A stretch of DNA of 64,000 bases. It comes from Octopus sinensis (Eukaryota). The DNA lies in assembly GCF_006345805.1 (NCBI RefSeq), contig NC_043003.1, positions 81,158,001 through 81,222,000 on the forward strand. The letters run 5' to 3'. Position 1 is the stretch's first letter. Each line of letters begins with the position of its first letter. The notes beneath the pieces are model-generated. The model did not search any database and was not told the origin of the DNA. It saw nothing but the letters and a program-made list of their open reading frames with translations. Of this stretch, positions 53,660 to 64,000 are shown one piece after another. A program made the position numbers and the translations under genes.

Positions 53660-55553
53660 CTGTGGAGAAACTTGACACAGACACACGCAGACACACACGT
53701 ATATTCGTATATACACGTACTCTCTCAGTTCCGTAGATATGTGTGTTTTTATGTATCATGTGTGTTATAATGTTTTGTAAATTAAATACTTTATTATACT
53801 TTGCAAAACTTGTTTTTATACTTAACTACTTAGAGTAATGCACAACACTGCACTACTATGAAACATGTTTATTTGATAACTGATCAGAAATTTATGCTTA
53901 AGAATCTCCATGAACAACTGGTAATGATTTAATGTTGATGCATGTTTGAAATCATTGTTACACGTTTGAAAACATTGAAGATATTAGAAACTGTGCTAGT
54001 TTATTTGAATTCTAAATCTTGGACTGAACTCAAAAAATAGCGTTTTCATATGAACACCATTTCCTTCTGGTCATTATCCAATACAGAATCGGCTGAAATG
54101 CAGCCAATATTTCTACTTCAGCAGAAATTAAGTAGCCAACAGTCGCGTTGTGGAGAAATTACGGTTAGAATTAGCTATCACTAATACGTGAAGCATTTTA
54201 TTTGCATTATCTTACAGTTGTCAATTTTATTTAATCTTAGCTGTATCTACAAACGACAGGTAAAATTTTCTCATTTGTCTGGAATAAAAACGAAAACAAA
54301 TTATGTTTAAAGACTATTTTGCGCTATTAAGAAAAAAAAATAATGATTTCTCTGTATTAATGTGTCACATACATAATCTCAACGTGTCTTCGTTTATTTC
54401 TAAGACTGGCTTCTAAAATTTTCAGTGAATGTATTTTCAAATATATAAGCATTTTTGGTGCTGTTTTGTGTATTTATATGTTTGTTAATGTGGTAATTGT
54501 TTAGCACATGTTACACAAATTTATATATATTTGAACATAAAATATTAAATAAAATTTTATACATATTTATAGTAATTGTATGTTGAGATGAGACGTGATT
54601 CCGTATATAGTAATATTTGTGTCACACATCTTTTTATATCAGTGTATCGAAAATTTTCTCAATATTTTTACTGCAGAATATGAGAATAAAGGAATAATTA
54701 AATTTGCCGCAAACGTTTCTTCTCAAATTTCACGCTAAAAATATTTAGTTGTCGCTATACGGTAAGAAAGTCGCAGTCATCCCCTGCGTATTGTTATTCT
54801 AATGAATTAAACATCGCAGAGGTTATCACTTCAATTATCTTTTACTCTGTCGTCATAAATACAACATATTTACTGCTGTGATAAATTGATTTTTCTAATA
54901 CTTTAATAAATTAATCGCCCATAATTTTGCCCTCTTTGTCGTTTCTTATTGTCTTTGTCTGGTTTTTATTTGATCGCTTTTCCTTCCTCGTAGTTTCATC
55001 TTTTCTTTCTTTCCTTCCTTCCTATTTTAATTTCAGAAATTATCTTTCCCCCTCCCTCTTTTCCCATGTCTCACGATCATCCCCTCTCCTCATACATATG
55101 TTCAAATCATCGTTTCTCTCCTATTTCACACAGAATATTCATTCGACTTCTCATTTCCTTGTTTATTATCAATTAAATTCTGTCTCTCTCTCTCTTTTTA
55201 TTGTTCATTCAGAATAAAACTGATTTACCAATCAGTTATCAAATACTTTGTAGTGAAAATTTTATTCCACAGAAATTGCAAACAGTTACTATTAAGTTGC
55301 TTACCCATATAACGGCCTCTTTCACAGGCTGATTAATAGTTTTCACGACTTCATTTTCTCTATCTCTCTGACTCTCTCTCATAAACGCATAATCACACGA
55401 TGCGAGCGAGCAACCGTCGTCAGTGGGATGGGTTTAAGCGTGCGAATGTGTATATATATTTGTACATATATATGGGAATACATATTAAAAATTGTGTGTA
55501 TATATGCATATATAAATATATGTATACATATATACATAAATACTATGTACTCA

Positions 55554-55601
<48 letters not shown>

Positions 55602-55606
55602 CTGTT

Positions 55607-55879
55607 ACTCTGTTGCTTATTTCAGTCATTTGACTGCGGCCATGCTGGAGCAACACATTAAAGGGTTTTAGTCAATGAAATCGATCCAAGGACATATTCT
55701 TCGAAAGCCTAGTACTTACACTATCTGCCTCTTTGGCCGAATTGCTAAGTTACGGAGACGAAAACACACCAGCACCAGTTCTCTAGCTGTGGATGGTGGA
55801 CAAACACCCAGACATATAAATACGCTCGCACATGCGCACATATATATATGTTTATATATAATAACTTGCCATATATGTT

Positions 55880-55949
<70 letters not shown>

Positions 55950-55954
55950 ATATA

Positions 55955-55991
<37 letters not shown>

Positions 55992-56158
55992 GTGTGTGCA
56001 AGGGAATTATTTCAGTTTACATACAAATCCACTCACAAGACTTTGGTCGGCGCGATGCTATAGTAGAAGACACTTTCCCAAGGTGACATGCATTGGGATA
56101 CAAAGCGAACAATTTGGTTAGGAAGCAAACTCTTTACCACATAGTCACGCATGCGTCT
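55607..56158 (-). mobile_element. SINE family A with expanded internal (TA)n
   Basis: Tail at 55607-55800 and head at 56010-56158, separated by ~200 bp of microsatellite. Confidence 0.85.
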
Positions 56159-56160
56159 GC

Positions 56161-56226
<66 letters not shown>

Positions 56227-56480
56227 GTGTGTGTGTGGTGTGTGTGTGTGTGCATGTATGAGTGTATATATTATATATATTTTTTGTTTTACATAAATAT
56301 ATATATATACATATGGACACGACAGGCTTTTTTCTGTTTCCGTCTACCAAACCCACTCGCAGGGCTTTGGTCACCATGCATACAATATATATAGAGAGAT
56401 GTTTATATGTGCATATGTAAAATATATATCCATATATATACATATATATATATAATGAGTATATGCGAATACACATGTAC

Positions 56481-56511
<31 letters not shown>

Positions 56512-56708
56512 CATGTATATATATGCATGTATAGGTAGCTTTCTCCCCTATACATACACACACACACACATATATATGCACATGTACATACTTATAGATT
56601 TACATTTATCTCTATATCTCTATTATACTCATATGTATTAGCAAGTGTATGTAAATGTACGTATATATATATATATTTATACGCATGTATGTATACACAC
56701 TCATATAA

Positions 56709-56800
<92 letters not shown>

Positions 56801-57739
56801 CATGTGTACGTACACAGACACACACGCAGACATACATACATATTTATTAACAAGTGTGTAAGTTTATTTTACTTTAGTAGTTTGCTCATGAAATTCAATT
56901 AGCCACTGGTTTTCTGGGAAGCCACTGAAGCTGCAATGATTTTCAGAGCTATAATGTAAATCCATTAAGAAAACATGGATGCTGATTGCTACTAAATCCT
57001 TATAGCTTTTCTTGATAGTTTACTACTTTCGTTTCCTTTTCTATTTTATTTCACTTTTATTTTTAATCTATTCGTTTTATTATAGTTTGATTTTTCATTC
57101 GATCTTTCTTCATTGGCATTGTAAACCGAAGTTTGAATTTTTGTTTATCTATCTTTATGGTTGGTTAATTATCTGATTAGCTGTCTGGTTCAGAAGTCCA
57201 CAGTTTACTTTCCGAACTGTTCGATACGTCAATATTTCGAATCAAATATTCTGTATAATATTCTCGTAGTTCATGTTCCCTTAAAAGAACGTCGTTTCTA
57301 ACTATTATATTATTTCTCTCTTTTCTATTCTGTCCCTTTTCCAGCTCTCTCTCTCTCTCTCTCTCTCTTTCTATCTATTTCTCTTTGTAGTGTTCTAGCC
57401 CCACTTTCTTATAGATGTTTATTTCTCTCAATATTTTTCTATATTTCTTTCCACTGTGATGCATCACCCACATCTCTCCCCATCCCCCTTTTCTCTCCCT
57501 CGCCCTCTTTCTCTCCCCCTCTCACATTCTTTACCTCCTTCCCATTTAAAATGAATTCCTTATGTTCATATTCTTGTCAATGAAGTTGAATATCCATTCA
57601 ATAGACCCCGTCGTCAAATGATTTATATATATTTCTGTACACCACCTTTACAACGTTCATATATCTTATTTTCGATGCATTTCACATCTTTCAATATTTT
57701 CTTAGAATTATATACATTCATATGTGACTGTGAACGTAT

Positions 57740-57750
57740 GTGTGTATGTG

Positions 57751-57821
<71 letters not shown>

Positions 57822-57835
57822 GGCGCGTGAATATG

Positions 57836-57882
<47 letters not shown>

Positions 57883-58045
57883 GGTAGATAGACAGATATA
57901 GATATAGCTATAGATAGATAAATATATATATAGATAGAATATATATTCATATATTATATACTTATATTTAGAGATACAGACACACACATACATACATATA
58001 TATATTCATATATATTATATACTTATATTTACAGATATACTTCCA

Positions 58046-58102
<57 letters not shown>

Positions 58103-58110
58103 ATGCGTAT
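57740..58110. repeat. Compound (TA)n/(TG)n microsatellite
   Basis: Direct reading; includes a ~60-bp duplicated unit at ~57940-58040. Confidence 0.9.
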
Positions 58111-58773
58111 ATATGTATATGTGTATGTGTATATATACATATATATATGTATATACATGTAATATGTATGCGTATATGTATGTACGAGCGTGTGTATGTG
58201 TGTGTTTGTGTGTATGTGCTGGCGTGTTTGTCTATGATGTATGTATATGTGTACACATACGAGTTGAAAATAGTTTCATTTCTACAACTCAAGGAATGTA
58301 ATTTCGGAAACATACCTATTTCAATATAAGAAGTAAATTCTAAAATAAGCTTGACATTTATTCACTCGGCATCTTTTCAAATGATCATGATATACTCATA
58401 ATTTTCGGAAATTTATTTAAATCTACAAATAATCTTTAGTGATATATATCGAGAATTATTTGTATTAGCAAAATATACATATAGTGTCGGAGACAAAATT
58501 TTCTGGTAGATTTGGAATTATGTATAGGACCATTAGTAAGCATTACCTGTTTAAAGAATTTATAGTCATACATACATATAAACATATTTCTTGAAATACA
58601 AGTAAAAAACCAACAAGGGGAGGATGCTGTCACAAAGTTGCACGCGTATTTGTAAATTCGTGTGTATTTCTTTACGAGTATATGTATTTTTGTTTCTATA
58701 GACAAAACAAAAATCCAAATTTATATATACATATCAGCAATAGTATGTGCAACTTACACTAGATTTTCCGGGT

Positions 58774-58823
<50 letters not shown>

Positions 58824-58862
58824 CAAACATACATATATACATGCACACACATATATATATAC

Positions 58863-58929
<67 letters not shown>

Positions 58930-59014
58930 TATTTGAGACAAAACCACTATTTGCAAAACAAACAAGGAAAGACTTAATCAATACATAAAATTTAATAAAT
59001 AGTCAAAAAAACCG

Positions 59015-59057
59015 CCACTACAATCGTTTCTTGTCTTGATCGACAATCTTCAGGTGG
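59015..59057 (-). ncRNA. Minimal type I hammerhead ribozyme
   Basis: Exact reverse complement of 59433-59475. Confidence 0.8.
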
Positions 59058-59432
59058 ACTTCCAATCTAAAAAATCAAAATTTTAAAATGGGAGTGGGTT
59101 TTGGTGTATATTGAGGTTTATAAGTTAGTATAGGTATGTGTATAAGTCGTGAGTCTGTGGTTTACGTGTGTGTATTTGTGTGTGAATGTTTAGGTTAGGG
59201 GGTTTACTTTATAGGTTTGTTATAGAGTTTAGCAAAGGGAGATTTTATCGTTATATGTTTTTAAGAGTTTTGTTTTATCATGGTTTTTTTAGGGAATTCG
59301 TGGTAATTAGTCTATATTTTCGATATGGATTATATATAGGTTATATATGGATTATATTTTTTTCATTTATACTTTAATTATTTAAAAGTATTATTTTTAT
59401 ATTTTAAAATTTTGATTTTTTAGATTGGAAGT

Positions 59433-59475
59433 CCACCTGAAGATTGTCGATCAAGACAAGAAACGATTGTAGTGG
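59433..59475 (+). ncRNA. Minimal type I hammerhead ribozyme (GUA site)
   Basis: CCAC-CTGAAGA-TTGTC(GATCAA)GACAA-GAA-ACGATTGT-A-GTGG, with an intact core. Confidence 0.8.
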
Positions 59476-59741
59476 CGGTTTTTTTGACTATTTATTAAAT
59501 TTTATGTATTGATTAAGTCTTTCCTTGTTTGTTTTGCAAAATAGTGGTTTTGTCTCAAATAATATTTTATAATATTTTACTATAAAATTGGATTTAATCC
59601 TAAATCTGATTTTTTTCCCTGTAAATTTGGATATATTCCCTAATATTTATTATTATATATATATATATATATAATAAATATTCAGATGCACTATATACTA
59701 TGCATGATATATATATGTGTATATATCATACGTATATCACA

Positions 59742-59778
<37 letters not shown>

Positions 59779-60324
59779 GGTGGGGTGTTTAATATAGCAA
59801 TATAAATACTCGCTGGACCCGTGAAAATTTCACGGAAAATATAAAAAGTGTAAACATCTGTAAATTGTGTGCTGGTGCTATGAGAAATGTTTCTATATTG
59901 TGAAACAGTAATATCCAATTTTGGCTGAGGACCCAGTATATAGAGTACGGTAACTAATCGCATTGTAGGAAAGTAAAAGTAAAATCGAATATCTGCTGCG
60001 GTTATGTATCTGTCTACACTGAAAATACTGATAAACTTTTAAAAATATAAAAGGAAGGCCACCTTCCTTTCAGTCATCATTCACTTTCTGTCCCTTCTCT
60101 CTCTCTCTCTCTCTCGCTTTACAGGTCACTTCATGTATACCTCTTCTACTTCTTTTATTTCTACCTCTCCCTTCAAATGTAGAAAAGTAACAAAAACTTC
60201 CACAGGTATTTGCTGAGGGAGAGTGATACAGATTGAGTCTGACTGAGAGAGAGAGGGACAGAGAGATAGACTGAAGTGTTGTCAGACAGATTGATAGATT
60301 GATTGATTGCCAGACAGACAGAGA

Positions 60325-60455
<131 letters not shown>

Positions 60456-61108
60456 AGGCCGTTGTTAGGACCGGATTAACGCCCATTGTGACCTAAACAG
60501 CTAAAAATACTTTCCTGCCACTGTACTAGATCTTTTTTCTGTGCCTTCCAACCACTTTAGACTAGAGCAAGTTTATCTTTTTCTAGTCCACTCAGCTGGC
60601 CAAAATGAGTTTTAGCTGTGACCAGAATTGTCATATTCTGTGAGAGGCTTATACGCCCTGAGAACCACACTAATAGTATGCATGTCTGGGGAGTACTCAG
60701 CCACTTGCGAGTCAATTTTACCCTGATGTGGTAATGAAAAATGAAAGTGACATCCAATATTTGCTGTAGTTATTTGATTTACCGATATGTCTTTGTATCT
60801 ACTTTTCTTTCCTTCCATCTATGTATATACTTTTCTTTAGCTGTATGTATCAGTCTACTCTGAAAATACTGCTAAACATGTTTCCTCTCTTCCTTTCAGT
60901 CATCACTTACTTTCTCTCTCTCTCTCTCTCACTCTTTCTCTTTCCCTCCCTCTCTGTCATTCTCCTCTCTCGCTTTGTACCTCTCTCTCTTCATAACTCA
61001 CCCTTCAACCTTTTCACCTCATCCTTTGAAGTGTGACACTCACCAGAGGTGCGTGCAAAATAAACAAAACTAAGTGTGTTAATATTATTTATACACATAT
61101 ATATGTGC

Positions 61109-61139
<31 letters not shown>

Positions 61140-61276
61140 AATAGATAGATACAATATATACACATATATATATATACATTAATATATTTTATGTACTATG
61201 TATTTACATTGATATGGATATATACAAGTGTTTTTGTATGTGTGTTTATTTATATATGTGTGTATAATATATATAC

Positions 61277-61317
<41 letters not shown>

Positions 61318-62226
61318 TGCATATATTTACACACACACACACACAGACATATATATATATATATATATATACATACATGAATACATAATACACACGTCTT
61401 ATACACTTGCATGGATTTATGCAATAGGAAGACTAAATAATTATCAAAACACTTGAACAATCTCATACATCTACATACTCTCAGTCATGCGCACACACGC
61501 ACACACATGCATACATATACGCACGCACACATCAAGTTCATACATATTTATGCATGTGTATATACGACCTTGGAGTTGTCAACAAAAAAAAAAACGCTAC
61601 TGAATATCAAAGCTTTCGTTGGTGAGTGCAATTTTGGAAGCAATATCTATCAAAGTAAGAAATTTTATTTCACTCATGACTTCATTGAAAAACGAAGCTT
61701 TAATCATAAACCTTGTTTTCGAATGACAGTCTTTCCAGAGAATGTTTTCTTTATTTTTACTTTATAACACTCACACAAAATGAATCTATATGCGTATGAC
61801 AATTTTTTGTAACGTTGGCCGCTTTAGTTCCTTGTAATAACAGGCAACAGTCATCCTATACGTATCTTAAAACGAAAGAAAGAATCCATTAGACAATGTA
61901 ATCCAAGATACACTAAATGCTAAAAGAGAAGAAAGGGTGGATCTGACGGGAATTTCTCCTTGTCATAGGTGTGTACGTTCTAGAGCTAAAGAACTAGAGC
62001 TAATGGACAGCAACACCGTCAAATAAATTATTCTTGCTTACATCTTCGTTGTATTAATTAAAGAAGTAATACATACATAATACATACATATATACATACT
62101 CGCATAGCAAGTTATTTGATCTGAGATCGTGTGCTGAAACGAAAACAATTGCAGCGTGGAAGGTGTTTGTAAGCCATTTAAGAAACACACAAAAGCCGTT
62201 CGATTCACTTCAACATTTAAGTTTAA

Positions 62227-62276
62227 TTTGTCAAAATATTTTCGTCGCTAAAATCCGCGACCTGTTCACTGACAAA
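62227..62276 (-). ncRNA. Minimal hammerhead ribozyme, G3-C8 variant
   Basis: Exact reverse complement of 62293-62342. Confidence 0.7.
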
Positions 62277-62292
62277 AGATACAGCACGGATT

Positions 62293-62342
62293 TTTGTCAG
62301 TGAACAGGTCGCGGATTTTAGCGACGAAAATATTTTGACAAA
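62293..62342 (+). ncRNA. Minimal hammerhead ribozyme, G3-C8 variant
   Basis: TTTGTCA-GTGAACA-G-GTCGC(GGATTTTA)GCGAC-GAA-AATATT-T-TGACAAA. Confidence 0.7.
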
Positions 62343-62421
62343 TTAAACTTAAATGTTGAAGTGAATCGAACGGCTTTTGTGTGTTTCTTAAATGGCTTAG
62401 AAAAACCTTCCACGCTGCAAT

Positions 62422-62504
<83 letters not shown>

Positions 62505-62785
62505 TATATAAAAGTCGGAAGACTTTTAAGTGGACACACATTATGCTAGAAGATTATTATATTTTGTATCTTTTCATTTGGTTGCTCGCTTACGTTCTTG
62601 AGAACATTCCTTTCTTAGTGGTAAGACCATAGCGGGTCTTCTAGCAAAATGGTTGTCCACACACTGGTCATCTCTCTTATATGTATGTAATATAATTATT
62701 TCTAAAACTTCAGATTTTTCAATATGCTCGACCACTGGTTATAAATTGACATTAATCAAAATAATATTCAATTTTTCACCCTTAT

Positions 62786-62955
<170 letters not shown>

Positions 62956-63059
62956 TGTTATATATTATAGAATTATTCATCATATATATGTACATATTAT
63001 TATACTATTTGCACTACATTGCTTACAACATCGACTGTTTCTGTTACGGAACAGCTTAC

Positions 63060-63303
63060 TCGTGAGATTAACCTGCATGTGGCTGAGCACTCTATAGACA
63101 AGCGTACCCTTTCGCATACTTCTTATGGAAGTTCAGCGTGACACAGAGTGTGACAAGGCTTGCCTCTTGAAATACATGTATTACTCATCTTTGCCAGCTG
63201 AGTGGACTGGAGCAACGTGAAATAAAGCGCCTTGCTGAAAGACACAACACCGCCTAGAATCAAACTCGCGACTCCAGCCGAATAACCACTAAGCTACGCA
63301 CCT
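63060..63303 (-). mobile_element. tRNA-derived SINE sharing the family B/C core, with a different tail
   Basis: 'gccagctgagtggactggagcaacgtgaaataaag...gacacaac...aaccactaagctacgcacc'. Confidence 0.8.
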
Positions 63304-64000
63304 TCATATTGTTCTACATACACATATGTGTTGTAGAATTATACATTAAGGGGCATTTTATATTAGTTTTACCGGATTCTTTGAATCTATATATTGTGAC
63401 TTAAATAAATAAATATATATATATACGAATTTATGCACACGCACATATAAATTATCATTACATTTTCCAAACTAGAGTATTTTGTACACTTAGCTTGATC
63501 TATTTAACTATATGCATCTTGAAAATTAATGTGTAATAAGGAATATGTTACGCTTTAAATGCTCGGGCGTGCAGACACACTCATACCCACGTATAAAAAG
63601 TTATATGGTTCCAGATTTTTTTGTATCCATGGGACAACTCACCGCAACTATGGTTGAGTTCTATTTTGTTGTATTATACAACTGATTCTTGATTCTTGTA
63701 AATTGTCGAACGACACTGATAGATCAACGTCCCACTGTTCATTTGTTCAATTCCTACACATTTATGGAAGCATCTTTAAAATTATAAATCAAGTAGATGA
63801 CCTCTAACGGTCACTAAACTTATCAGAAATAAAGTGTAATATTCTCCCAAATGACACCATTACCATTTTACAGACCAAGTTTCATAAGATGATGTAGCCT
63901 TAGATATATAAAATAGAAATGGTTATCTCTAATCATAAGTATCATTGACTAAAACAGAATTGGGGCGAAACTACAAATTCTTGTCGCATTTGAAGAGCGG

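Larger units (their letters stand above)
58921..59570. mobile_element. Inverted-pLTR Penelope-type insertion: 169/170-bp inverted arms around a 311-bp spacer
   Basis: Arms 58921-59089 and 59401-59570 are identical except for one 1-nt indel, and each carries a hammerhead. Confidence 0.85.
62145..62424. repeat. 133-bp near-perfect inverted repeat with 14-nt loop (fold-back element)
   Basis: Arms 62145-62277 and 62292-62424 match at 131 of 133 positions. Confidence 0.95.

Overview
AT-rich, microsatellite-saturated eukaryotic DNA. It is most likely from a coleoid cephalopod such as Octopus; this is inferred from the tRNA-derived SINE families and the extreme (TA)n/(TATC)n/(TAT)n load, not from a database search. 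No intact protein-coding gene, rRNA, functional tRNA or CRISPR array is visible, and the long ORFs in the track are microsatellite artefacts. The window contains about 30 SINE copies from at least four families and decayed fragments of RTE and Tx1/L1 LINEs. It also has a Tc1-superfamily transposase with DD37E spacing, two mariner derivatives and several Penelope-like element (PLE) relics. The most notable signal is a set of minimal type I hammerhead ribozymes (HHR) from five sequence-unrelated families at 5357-5406, 22252-22312, 37803-37840, 59015-59057/59433-59475 and 62227-62276/62293-62342. All have a self-complementary stem III. Three families sit in fold-back inverted repeats, one lies downstream of a GIY-YIG endonuclease fragment, and one lies downstream of a tRNA-like B box. 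The 62 kb family carries a compensatory G3-C8 swap of the usually invariant C3-G8 core pair. A few possible host exons are listed at low confidence. SINE and decayed-element boundaries were read by eye and are approximate (about 10-20 bp). SINE family labels A-D are mine.
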